NCBI GenBank assembly: GCA_041687695.1
Contig: JAWLBL010000043.1
Span: forward strand, 1-42,898
From: Myxococcota bacterium
GTDB lineage: Bacteria > Myxococcota_A > UBA9042 > PHBI01 > JAWLBL01
Reading direction: 5' to 3'
DNA length: 42,898 nucleotides
Below the pieces are notes generated by a model. That model searched no databases, had not been told where the DNA came from, and saw only the letters and a list, made by a program, of their open reading frames with translations. Below are positions 27,759 to 37,641 of this stretch, piece by piece (the first letter of the stretch is position 1; each line of letters begins with the position of its first letter). A program made the position numbers and the translations under genes.

Positions 27759-30504
27759 CCCGATGCGGTCGTGACCCTGCTCGCCCTCTCGTGGGGCCTG
27801 TACGCCGGCGCGGCCGCGGCCTCGCCGCTGCTGTCGTATCCCAACGGCAACGCGCGCTTCGAGCTGGTCTCCGACGAGGTCGAGGCCGAGGCCGAGGACG
27901 TCTACCACATCGGGTGGGACTCGGACGGCAACCGCTATTACTACGGAGGCTCGGGGACCTACATCGCCTGCCAGCCCGCCGGCACGCCTGAGGACACCTA
28001 CCTGGGCGTCACCGTGGGGCACGGCCTGGTGCTGGGGCCGACCGAGTCCCCGCCGGCGGCCATCATCGACGACGAGGCCGTGTTCGTCGACATCGACTCG
28101 ACCAAGATCAGCATCTACGCCGGACGCTGCGACGCGCCGCCCGGGCCCAACGGCCACCCCATGCTGCCGGTGCGCCACTGGGCCGTGCCCGTCGACCTCG
28201 CCGCCAACGGCAAGGCACCGCAGACGCTGTCGAAGTTCCGCTACGACCCGCGGCTGTTCGTGTTCGGCGGACAGCTCTGCGTGCCCTACCACCAGGGCGT
28301 CTGGTGCTTCGACGAGGCGCGCGACGAGCCTCGCTTCTCGCCGGTCTTCCAGGTGGGCGATCTCGCGGCCGCGGTCGAGCTGCACCCCGTCCTGCAGAGC
28401 GTGCACGGGCAGGCGCTGCCGCCGCCGAAGCTGCCCCTGGACCCGGCCGCCCTGGCGCACCCCGAGTGGGAGTGGGACATCACGGCGATGCAGCCCTTGC
28501 CCGACGGCTCGGTCGTGGCCGGGCTGACGGCCTCGCTCCGCAAGACCTTCGGCAGGATCAGCCCCTTGGAGCACGTCGGCGCGCGCGCGCTGGTGCGCGT
28601 CCAGCCGAGCGGCGAGGTGAGCCTGGTCACCGCACCCGCGACCCACGTCGGGCGCTACACGCCGAACCCCTATGGCTTCATGTGGCGGCTCGACTACGAC
28701 GCCGAGCTGGGACGGCCGCGTCCTCGCCTACCGCACCGACACCACCCTGGTCGGCCTCGATCTGCAGACCGGGGCGCGCTGGGACTGGGTCGACTCCGAC
28801 CAGGTCTTCCACCACTTCCAGGGGCACCTCGGCGGCGCCAACGAGGAGGTGACCTTCCGCACGGTCGACTACTACCCGGTCGACGCCGACAACCTGTTCA
28901 TCGTCGGCGGCAGCTCGACCACGCGCGTCTTCCACGTCGACGGCGCGGGCGAGATCACCTTCCGGCTGGACCTGGCGCAGCAAGCCTGCGCGGACGGGCT
29001 CAACCTGTGCCCCGGCCAGCCCGAGCCCTACAGCAAGGCCCTGTACGGCCCCGGCGTCCACCCGTGCGCCCACGTGCTGGGCTGGCACTCCGGGCTGGGG
29101 CGGCTGCTCCTGGGTGTGCCCGCCTTCGGCGAGCTGTTCGTCGTGGGCCTGCACCCGACCGAGCCGCCCAACGTGGTCCTGCGCAGCCACGCGCTCCACG
29201 GCGTGGCCCGCAACGACTACGAGCGCTGGCTGCGCGGGCCCGAGATCCCGGGCGACGGGCTGCCCCTTCGCCTGCAGCCGACCGGCCACGGCGAGCTGTT
29301 CAGCGAGTTCGACCTGTTCACGCCGCAGTTCCAGCGTCTGCCGAAGAACCCCTTCGCCTACCTGCAGGGCCAGGCCATCCCGCAGCTGACCGGCGTCTGG
29401 GGCGACACGCTGCTGTCCACCGACACCGGCAACGAGTGGGTGCGCTACGAACGCCGCGTGCAGCCGGGCGACACGCTCCTGCTGCGCCAGGCCGAGCGAC
29501 CCCTGCTCGAGGGCGGCTACGACGAGGGCTACATGCTGTACGCCATCGGCCCGCGCGGCGGCGCCAACCCGCTGTGGGACGACCTCGACATGGCCCTGCG
29601 CGGCGTCACCGGCATGGACGTCTCGGCGACCGGCGACCTGTGCATCGCGGACCGCTTCGGCGAGCAGCTCATCGAGCTGGCTCCCCACACCGACGGCAGC
29701 CTCATCCCCTCGCTGCCCTCGGTCCGAATCGAGGACGTCGAGCCCATCGACTGCCTGTACGACGGCGACGACCTGCTGGTCCTGGTCGCGGCGCCCTACG
29801 CCGTCCTGCGCCTCGACCGCGCGACCGAGACCTTGGTGCCGCACCTGTCGATCCCCGACGACCCGCGCGCGCCCGGCCAGCTGGTCGCCGGCCCCGACGG
29901 GCCCGAGCTGCTGCGCGTCCCCCAGGACGGTGGCGATCCCATGGGCGCCCTGCACCGCGCCGACGGCACCCTCTTCACGCTGGGCTCGTACACCTGGCAG
30001 GGCGCCTCGCAGCCCCGCAAGACCGACGGCACCATGGCCCACCTCGCCGAGCGCCCCGACGGCCGCGTCGTGGCGCTGTACTACCGCCCCGGGCTGGGCG
30101 TCGGCTCGGGCGACGACCTCGACGAGGAGCCGCCGACGCTGCTCGACGTCGACCGCGGCCACAGCTACCCCCTGGTCGTGCTCGACCGCGCCACGTCCCG
30201 CTCGGCCCTGGCCCAGGTCCCGGGCGGGCTGCCCGTCGACCCCTGGACCGGCGAGCCCGGCCCGACCCACTGGCCCCCACCGTCCTCGTCGCAGGCTCCC
30301 GGCCTGGGCCCCGCGCCCGGCCACCCCAGCGGCGGCCAGGCCGATCCCGACCGGCAGCGCTCGGCTCCCGGCGATGACGACGACGGCTGCGCGGCCTCGG
30401 GCTCCAGCCCTCTGCCGCTGGCCCTGACCCTACTGACGCTGGCGTGGCTCCGCGCCCGGGTCAGGGCCCCTGCGGAGCGTACCACTCGCCGACGTTCGCG
30501 CTGA
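27755..30504 (+). pseudogene. Frameshifted large surface protein with MYXO-CTERM-like tail (pseudogene or sequencing indels)
   Basis: Coding-like frame 27771..~28710 switches to the frame ending at 30504. Removing one G from GGG at 28709..28711 gives ...DAELDGRVLAY.... C-terminus DDDDGCAASGSSPLPLALTLLTLAWLRAR. Confidence 0.7.
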
Positions 30505-30736
30505 CCTCGCCCTCACGGACCCGGTAGGTGCGCGCCTGGCCGCAGCCCGAGGCCTCGTAGAGGTGATCGTTCGACCCCGGCGGCGTGGCGGGTGGCACCG
30601 AGGTGCGGACGACCGCGATGCGGTCGGGGTCGCAGGCCAGATCGCGGGCCGCCGCCTCGCGGACCCGGGACTCGTCACTCGAGCAGCCCGGCAGCAGCGC
30701 CAGCGCGAGCAGGACGGCGACGGGGTGTCGGTGCAA
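30461..30736 (-). CDS. Small lipoprotein
   Basis: GGAGG RBS plus TTG, lipobox LPGC, AARDLAC...YEASGCG motif. Overlaps the 3' end of the convergent gene by 44 nt. Confidence 0.7.
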   Translation of the reverse strand: MHRHPVAVLLALALLPGCSSDESRVREAAARDLACDPDRIAVVRTSVPPATPPGSNDHLYEASGCGQARTYRVREGEVSANVGEWYAPQGP

Positions 30737-31024
30737 AGGGCCTCCGGGCGCGGTCGTTCGTCCGAGAGCTAACCCGACCGACGCGCCGGCCGCAACGGAC
30801 CGGGTCGCGCCGTCCGCTCGAAGGGTCGGTCGTGGCTCCCGGAGCCCCAGACCCCGGCCGTCGCGGGCGCGGCGCGGGCCAAGATGCAAGATTGTCCTTT
30901 CTTCTCCATCCCTTACGACCCGAGCAACGGTAGACCCCAGCAGCTGGGGTCCAGGCTCCCCGAATCGGCGCCAGCCTGGGCTGGTGCCCCCGAATCGAGG
31001 CCGCCATCGCGTCTGTCGGGGCCT

Positions 31025-31040
31025 CGGCACGGCGCGTGCA
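31025..31040 (+). promoter_or_regulatory. Candidate sigma-54 promoter
   Basis: CGGCACGGCGCGTGCA = GG-N10-GC, 36 nt before the ATG at 31077, which has a GGAGG RBS. Confidence 0.45.
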
Positions 31041-31076
31041 CAGGCGCAGGTCGCAACTCACGACCTGGAGGCGACC

Positions 31077-31889
31077 ATGAGAAAGCGGAAGAAGCGGAAG
31101 GCGGCGGATCGCGCGCGGCGGGTGCAGCGACGGGAGCCGGCGAAGGCGCAAGGTCCAGGGGCCGGTCGGACGCGCATCGCGGGCGAGGCGGAGCTCGACC
31201 CCGCCCTGCTGGGGCCGATCCGGACGGCCATGAGGCACTCGGACGAGCGGGTCCTGGCCGGCGAGGTCTCGTCGAGGCACCTGCTGCCGGTCTGGGACGC
31301 GGTCCTGGCGGCGACCACGCGCACACCCGGGCTGACGCTGCACCGCCTGGAGCGCGCGCTGGGGGGCTCGCTGACGCTCACCGTCAGTGAGCTGCGCGAG
31401 TGGCTGCCGATCGACGCCCGCCAGGATCCGACGCTGCTCGCCCGCTGGCGCGCCTTCTGCGAGGCCTACCTGGAGCGGTTCGCGGGCGAGGACCCCGACG
31501 AGACCCGGCACATGCGGTGCTCGCTGGCCGAGGCGATCCACTGGACGAGCAGCCGCGACGAAGCCGAGGCGTACCTCGCCGAGTGGCTGGACGAGGATCC
31601 CGGCGTCGGCGAGGCGTGGCTGACGTGGAGCCGGCTGTACTTCGACCCGCTCTGCGTCGCGCTGCCCGACGACGATCCCGAGCGCGCGCTCGAGCTGCTG
31701 CGCGAGGGCGTCGCGCGAAACGCCGACCCCGAGGCGCTCGACCGGCTGTTGGTGCAGCTGGGCAACGTGCTGAGCAGCCTGGGACGCATCGAGGAGTCCC
31801 GGCGCGTGCGCGACCGCGCGCTGCGTGCGTTCGAGGCGCGGTGCGGGCACCCCGACGCGGACTCGACTCATCCGCGCCTGCTGCTGTGA
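31077..31889 (+). CDS. Hypothetical TPR-like protein
   Basis: Basic N-terminus. Helical repeats such as EAWLTWSRLY...ERALELLREG and LGNVLSSLGRIEES. Confidence 0.7.
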   Translation: MRKRKKRKAADRARRVQRREPAKAQGPGAGRTRIAGEAELDPALLGPIRTAMRHSDERVLAGEVSSRHLLPVWDAVLAATTRTPGLTLHRLERALGGSLTLTVSELREWLPIDARQDPTLLARWRAFCEAYLERFAGEDPDETRHMRCSLAEAIHWTSSRDEAEAYLAEWLDEDPGVGEAWLTWSRLYFDPLCVALPDDDPERALELLREGVARNADPEALDRLLVQLGNVLSSLGRIEESRRVRDRALRAFEARCGHPDADSTHPRLLL

Positions 31890-31988
31890 GGGTAGCCCGA
31901 CCCGCGGCTCATGGACCCGGGGGGTTGGCCAGGTCGGGTCGCAGGCGGGGCAGCTACGAGCCCTCGCCCTTCAGTCCCGATCTGCCGA

Positions 31989-32045
31989 TGTCGTTCATCG
32001 GCCAGATGGTGTCGTACATCGGCCGGACGGTGTCGTACATCGGCC
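31989..32045. repeat. 21-bp tandem repeat (~2.7 copies)
   Basis: TGTCGTTCATCGGCCAGATGG / TGTCGTACATCGGCCGGACGG / TGTCGTACATCGGCC. Confidence 0.8.
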
Positions 32046-32317
32046 TGCCGCTGCTCGACCGCCTCGTCCTGACGAGGCCGTCGAGGTCGAGCGTCCCTCC
32101 CGTCGCATCCGCTCGGCGCGATGTCCGGCTGCGGCCTGGAGCGCGCCCGCGCCGCTCGCGAGCGGCCGACCTCGGGCAGCACCTGGACAAGCCGCGGGAC
32201 CTCGGCGCGCTCGAGCGGGAGTCGAGCTCGCGAGCCTCGCGCTGCCGAGCGCCGCGGCCGGATGCGGAGCGCCTGCGAGTCGCGGTAGGCTGTGGTCACA
32301 CGCCGCTGGAGCCCGCC

Positions 32318-33166
32318 ATGAGCCAGGTCACCCTGTACCACATCCCGCCTTCGTTCTTCTCGGCCATCGCGCGCCTCGCCCTCGAGGAGAAGGGCGTGGC
32401 GTGGCATGGCCGGATCGTGAACATCGGGCCGCCCGCCGAGAACTACCAGCCCTGGTACGTGCGCAAGAACCCGCGGGCGGTCGTGCCCACGCTCGAGCAC
32501 GGCGAGCGGGTGGTGTGGGACACGCTGCGGATCGTCAGGTACGTGGACGAGACGTTCGAGGGACCGGCGCTGGTTCCCAGCGAGCCCGGTGCGCGGGAGC
32601 GCGCGGAGCGGTGGGTGCAGATCGTCGACGGCTTCCCGTTCCGCGAGCTCAGCTACGGCCAGCCCAGCGGTCTGTTGCGTCACGTCCCGCGCTGGGTGGT
32701 GGGTGTGCGCCGCCGCAAGCTGGTCGCCCACCGCGGGCGCAACCCCGACCTGGCCGAGGCCTACGACGCGCGGATCGCCGACGTGGACCGTTGGGCGCAG
32801 ACCATCGCCGACCCAGGCGCGATCGCCGCGCTGCGCGAGCGCATGCAGGCCCACCTGGACGCCTTGGAGGCCGAGCTGGGCGTGCGGCCCTTCATCGCGG
32901 GCGACGCCTACAGCCTGGCCGACGTGTACTGGACGGTCGCCCTGGCGCGGCTGCGGCTGCTGCGCTCGGCGGGGCTGGCGGACCCGGCGCGGCACCCCAG
33001 GGTGGCGGCCTGGTACGAGCGCATGAAGGCGCGCCCGTCGTTCGACCGCGCCGACGTCTGGGAGCGCATGAAGCCGGCGCGCATGGTCCCTATCATGGCG
33101 CCCTACCTGCTGCCGCGCCTCACGGCGGCCGCCGCCCTGGTGGGGCTGGTCGTCTGGGCGCTCTGA
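32318..33166 (+). CDS. Glutathione S-transferase family protein, GDAP1-like
   Basis: TLYH...RLALEEKG, NPRAVVPTL, FIAGDAYSLADV, WYERMKARPSF and a hydrophobic C-terminal tail. GGAG RBS. Confidence 0.85.
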   Translation: MSQVTLYHIPPSFFSAIARLALEEKGVAWHGRIVNIGPPAENYQPWYVRKNPRAVVPTLEHGERVVWDTLRIVRYVDETFEGPALVPSEPGARERAERWVQIVDGFPFRELSYGQPSGLLRHVPRWVVGVRRRKLVAHRGRNPDLAEAYDARIADVDRWAQTIADPGAIAALRERMQAHLDALEAELGVRPFIAGDAYSLADVYWTVALARLRLLRSAGLADPARHPRVAAWYERMKARPSFDRADVWERMKPARMVPIMAPYLLPRLTAAAALVGLVVWAL

Positions 33167-33256
33167 CACGACGTGACGGCGGCGCACGGAGGATCTGGCG
33201 GCGAGCACGCGGGAAGGCTAGCCTGCGCGGACCGAGATCAACCTGGGGATACGACG

Positions 33257-34492
33257 ATGAGATGGATGTTGGGATGCGTTCTGGCGGTGGCGCTGGTCGG
33301 CTGCGACTCGCCGGGCGGCAACGGTGGCGACGTGACGGACCCGAACGGCGGCTTCAAGCCGGGGACCGAGCCGACCATGAAGCCAGGCACCGGCGCCGGG
33401 TCCTACGCGGTGACCGAGGTCTGCCCGCTGTTCGCCAAGATGTTCTGCTTCGAGCAGGTGGCCTGCGACCTGGGTGAGTCCACCATCCCGCAAGAGTGCA
33501 TGACCACCTTCCAGGCCCTGTGCGAAGTGCACATCACGCGCGCCATCGAGGAGGCCATCGCCGCGGGCGAGGCGACCTACGACGGCGCGGCCGCGGCGCG
33601 GTGCTTCAACGGGATGACCGTCACCTGCGACGGCACGACCAACCCGAACCAGGCGGACTGCGACAAGATCCTGGTCGGCAAGAGCGCCGCGGGCCAGCCG
33701 TGCGACTACGCCGCCTCCTGCGAGCCCGGCTCGCGCTGCGAGCCCGGCGAAGGCGGCACATGCCCCGGCACCTGCGTTCCCGACGCCAAGGAGGGCGAGG
33801 CCTGCGGCTGGGACGAGGGCGACAAGCAGTGTGCCAGCGGCCTCGACTGCAACGGCGAGGTCTGTGAGAAGGAGCTGAACGACCAGCCGATCGGCGGCCA
33901 GTGCCAGTACTCGGACCAGTGCGTCGCGGGCGCGTGGTGCGACTACATGGAGAACACGTGCAAGGCGCGCGTGGCCGCGGGCGAGGTCTGCAGCAACGGC
34001 GACGCGTGCCTCGACGGCCTGTACTGCGACTTTGGCGGCGAGGCCGCGACGTGCAAGACCGCCCTGGGCGAGGGCGAGGTCTGCGGCGCGTCGAGCGGCG
34101 CGTGCAAGGGCAGCCTGTACTGCGACTGCCCGGCGGACAAGCCCGAGTGCACGACCGAGGAGCGCGTCTGCCTCGACGACAGCGTCAAACCTGGCGACCC
34201 GTGCCAGGAGGACGGCGTCTTCGGCCCCTGCGGCTGGGGCGACCTGTACTGCCGGACCTCGGACAACACCTGCCAGCCGCCGCCCAAGGTCGGCCAGCCC
34301 TGCGGCGAGGCCGTGGGCGTCAGCGAGTGCCTGTGGGGCTGGTGCAACCCGACGAGCAACACCTGCGAGGCGTTCGCGCTGGAGAACCAGGCCTGCACGA
34401 CCCAGGCCCAGTGCCTGATGGGCCTGGCCTGCATCGAAGGCAAGTGCACGGCGCCGCCGGTGACCTGCACGTCGAACCTCGGCGAGCTCTGA
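33257..34492 (+). CDS. Cys-rich lipoprotein, paralog of 9340..10569
   Basis: Lipobox LVGC. Shares GESTxP, AIAAGEA, NPNQA, CPGTC, PCGWG and APPVTC with the paralog. Confidence 0.85.
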   Translation: MRWMLGCVLAVALVGCDSPGGNGGDVTDPNGGFKPGTEPTMKPGTGAGSYAVTEVCPLFAKMFCFEQVACDLGESTIPQECMTTFQALCEVHITRAIEEAIAAGEATYDGAAAARCFNGMTVTCDGTTNPNQADCDKILVGKSAAGQPCDYAASCEPGSRCEPGEGGTCPGTCVPDAKEGEACGWDEGDKQCASGLDCNGEVCEKELNDQPIGGQCQYSDQCVAGAWCDYMENTCKARVAAGEVCSNGDACLDGLYCDFGGEAATCKTALGEGEVCGASSGACKGSLYCDCPADKPECTTEERVCLDDSVKPGDPCQEDGVFGPCGWGDLYCRTSDNTCQPPPKVGQPCGEAVGVSECLWGWCNPTSNTCEAFALENQACTTQAQCLMGLACIEGKCTAPPVTCTSNLGEL

Positions 34493-34538
34493 CCCTTGCG
34501 ACCCAGGCCCTCGCGCGCGCCCGAGCGCCGCGCGAGGG

Positions 34539-36575
34539 TCAGGGCGCCATCAGCTCGTCCAGCGTCCGGTTCATCCGCTCGCGGGCGGCCTCGGCGTCGA
34601 GCGCCGTCGTGCCGTCCAGCGAGCGCAGATCGGTCGCGGACAGGTTCATCGGCATCGCGAAGGTCTCGGCGTGGAAGGCGCGCGCCAGGCCGCGGGCCGC
34701 GTCCCCGATGGGGTCGTCCGAGTCCGCTGGGGCCGGCTCGCCGGTGGCGCAACCGACGATGCCGCCGGCGGGCGAGACCAGGCAGGCGCGTAGCCCCGCG
34801 CCCTGGTCCTCGACCGACACCCGGAAGCCGCCCGGCGTCTCTCTCAGGCGCGGCGAGCGCTCGAGCAGGTCGCCGGCGTGCCGCGCCGCCGTCTGGCTGG
34901 AGGCGACCTCGACCGTGGCCGGCAGCGCCAGGCCCAAGCGCCGGACGACGCCGGGGTCCCCCTGCATCGCCTGCTCGAACAGCGGCATCGCGGCCGCCAG
35001 GTCACCGGCCCGCCGCGCGCCCTCGGCGCCCACCGCGGCCACCCGCGCCCGCACCAGGCGCTCGCTGTGCGGCAGGTCGGCCAGGGCGCGCTGCGCCAGG
35101 TCGAGCGCGCGGCGGTGTTCGCCCTGCGCCAGCGCGACCTCGGCCTCGAAGCCGTCGTAGTAGGCGTGCAGCCCCGGCATTTGCTCGGCAGCGCGCGCCT
35201 GTTCGAGCACCGCGCCGACCACGCCCGGGCCCAGCACCTCGACGAGGTCGCCGAGCAGCCAGACCGGCGCGTCGACGGTGCCGTAGGCGTAGACGCGGAA
35301 GGTCGCGTGCAGCCGCTTGGGGTCGGTCAGCACATGGATGACCCGCTCGTCGTCGGGCCAGGCGCCCAGGCGGCGGCCCGAAGCGCGCGCGACGGCGCCG
35401 ACCCGGTCGCCCAGCGACGACCAGCTGGCCTCCTCGGCGATGAGCTCGGCGTCGAGGCGGCGGATGGCGCGGCGGATGAGGGCGTGGCCCCCCAGGGCCT
35501 GCTCGGGGGTGTTGCTGGTGAAGCCGCGGCGGTCGGGGCGCGACAGCGCGCGGTCGGCCATGCGGAAGGCGTCCTCGGCGCGGGCGCCGACCAGGAGCGT
35601 CACCGCGAGCGCCATGTCGGCCTCGGCCTGGGCGTGCACGCGCAGGTCGGGCGACTGCCCCATGCGCCAGCGCTGCATGGCCTTGAGCCCCTCGATGGCC
35701 TCGTCCATGCGCCCCTGGTCGAGCATCAGCAGCGTCAGGAAGCGCCACGGGTTGGTGGCCGAGTTGGCCGGCGGGTCGGCCGCCTCGCGGATGTAGCGCT
35801 CGGCCTCGTCGAAGCGCAGCACCGACTGCGCGGCCTCGGCGGCGTTGCTGGCGTCCACCACGACCGACTCGCGGTTGCCGGCGGCCCGCTGGCCGCGCGA
35901 GCCGTCGAGGGCGGCCAGGCACGCGTCGTAGCACGCCTGCCGGTTGTGGTCCGAGTACTCGATGGCGCACAGGGCGTTGAGCCCGCCTTGACGCTCGTAC
36001 TCCCACGTGGACCCGATGGCGATCCGGGCGGCGGCCCGCGCCCGTTCCATGTCCCCCAGGCGCAGGTGGGCCCAGGCCTCGTTGTCGGCCAGGCGGAACT
36101 CGGGCGCGGCCTCCCGCACGTCGTCCAGGTAGTCGAGCTGGAGATCGTAGCGCTCCATCTCGCCGGCCAGGCCCTGCAGCTCGAAGTAGATGCGGCGGTG
36201 CCAGTCGAGGCCGACCTCGTCGCCGGAGCCGCGCGGCCAGGCGCGCTCGTGCAGCTCGGCGGCGCGCTTCATGTGGAACATCGCGCGGGCGAGCGAGCCC
36301 TCGGCCTCGTGCAGCGCCTTGGCCAGCACGAAGTGGCCGGCCAGCGAGTCGGGATCTTCGGCCAGGATCTCGTCGGCCAGCCGCCGCGCGGTCAGCAGCT
36401 TGCCCTGCCGCTCGAGGGCCACGGCCTGGGCCTCCTTGGGGGTCAGCTCGGTGCGCACCCGCCCCTGTTGCCGCTGCGCGATGGCCGGCCACAAACCGAC
36501 CAGGGCCACGCCCAGCAGCGCCAGCGTCAGCGTCACGGCCAGCCGCGACAGCCAGTGGGGGCGGGCCACGCTCAT
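34539..36575 (-). CDS. Membrane-anchored TPR-repeat protein
   Basis: N-terminal TM helix and multiple TPR-like helix pairs. ATGA-coupled to moxR. Confidence 0.8.
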   Translation of the reverse strand: MSVARPHWLSRLAVTLTLALLGVALVGLWPAIAQRQQGRVRTELTPKEAQAVALERQGKLLTARRLADEILAEDPDSLAGHFVLAKALHEAEGSLARAMFHMKRAAELHERAWPRGSGDEVGLDWHRRIYFELQGLAGEMERYDLQLDYLDDVREAAPEFRLADNEAWAHLRLGDMERARAAARIAIGSTWEYERQGGLNALCAIEYSDHNRQACYDACLAALDGSRGQRAAGNRESVVVDASNAAEAAQSVLRFDEAERYIREAADPPANSATNPWRFLTLLMLDQGRMDEAIEGLKAMQRWRMGQSPDLRVHAQAEADMALAVTLLVGARAEDAFRMADRALSRPDRRGFTSNTPEQALGGHALIRRAIRRLDAELIAEEASWSSLGDRVGAVARASGRRLGAWPDDERVIHVLTDPKRLHATFRVYAYGTVDAPVWLLGDLVEVLGPGVVGAVLEQARAAEQMPGLHAYYDGFEAEVALAQGEHRRALDLAQRALADLPHSERLVRARVAAVGAEGARRAGDLAAAMPLFEQAMQGDPGVVRRLGLALPATVEVASSQTAARHAGDLLERSPRLRETPGGFRVSVEDQGAGLRACLVSPAGGIVGCATGEPAPADSDDPIGDAARGLARAFHAETFAMPMNLSATDLRSLDGTTALDAEAARERMNRTLDELMAP

Positions 36576-37633
36576 CGGCGCAGGCTCGCGCGGGCCAGGC
36601 GCTCGAGCACCGGCTTGGCGCAGTCGCGGGCCACCTTGTCGGCCTGCCCGACCCCCGGCGCCAGATCCAGCCGGTGCGAGAACAGCGGCTCTATCAGCGC
36701 GTCGAGATCGTCGGTCGTCACGTGGTCGCGGCCCCGCACCAGCGCCCGCGCGCGCAGGGCCGACACCGCCAGCACCAGCGCGCGCGTCGAGGCGCCCTGC
36801 AGGACCCGCGTGTCCTTGCGGGTGTTGGCGGCGAAGTCGACCAGCGCCTCGCGCACCTCGGGGGCGATGAACACGTGGTCCTCGACCAGCGCGCGCGCGT
36901 CCAGGATCTCGGTGCGCGTCACCCGCGGCAGGTCGTCGCCGGCGCCGCGGCGGATGGCCTTGAGATCCGACAGGATGGCCAGCTCGGCGTCGCGCGCGAT
37001 GTGCTTCATGCGGATCTTGAACAGGAAGCGGTCGAGCTGCGCGCTGGGCAGCGGGAAAGTGCCAGCCAGATCGAGCGGGTTTTGCGTCGCGATGACGAAG
37101 AACAGGTCGTCGAGCCGGCGGGTCTGGTTGTCGACCGTCGTCTGCTTCTCGCCCATCGCCTCGAGCAGCGCCGACTGCACCTTGGGCGAGGTGCGGTTGA
37201 TCTCGTCGGCGAGCAGGACGTGGGCGAAGATGGGGCCCGGGCGGAAGAAGAACTGCTGGGTGTTCGGGTCGAAGATGGTCGTGCCCGTCACATCCGACGG
37301 CAGCAGATCCGGCGTGAACTGGATGCGCCGCAGCGGGGCGAAGTCGTCGCCCGGCAGATCGTCGACGATGCAGTCGCCCAGCGCCTTGGCCAGGGTGGTC
37401 TTGCCCGAGCCGGGGTAGTCCTCGAGCAGGACGTGGCCGTCGGCCAGCATCGCCACGGTGATGAGCTCGACGGTGTCGTCGCGGCCCAGCACCGCCCGGC
37501 GCATGCGGCTCATCAGGCGCTGCGCGACGTCGACGGCGGCGTTGAGCGTGGTGACGCGCGGGGCGGCCGCGGCCGGAGCGTCGGTCTGGGCGCCGTCGAG
37601 CGCGAGGTCGTCGGCGGGCTGCAAGGGGTGCAT
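36572..37633 (-). CDS. moxR: MoxR-family AAA+ ATPase
   Basis: GHVLLEDYPGSGKT, RIQFTPDLLPSD, LADEINR, ATQNP, AQLDRF. Confidence 0.92.
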   Translation of the reverse strand: MHPLQPADDLALDGAQTDAPAAAAPRVTTLNAAVDVAQRLMSRMRRAVLGRDDTVELITVAMLADGHVLLEDYPGSGKTTLAKALGDCIVDDLPGDDFAPLRRIQFTPDLLPSDVTGTTIFDPNTQQFFFRPGPIFAHVLLADEINRTSPKVQSALLEAMGEKQTTVDNQTRRLDDLFFVIATQNPLDLAGTFPLPSAQLDRFLFKIRMKHIARDAELAILSDLKAIRRGAGDDLPRVTRTEILDARALVEDHVFIAPEVREALVDFAANTRKDTRVLQGASTRALVLAVSALRARALVRGRDHVTTDDLDALIEPLFSHRLDLAPGVGQADKVARDCAKPVLERLARASLRR

Positions 37634-37641
37634 CGGGGCTC

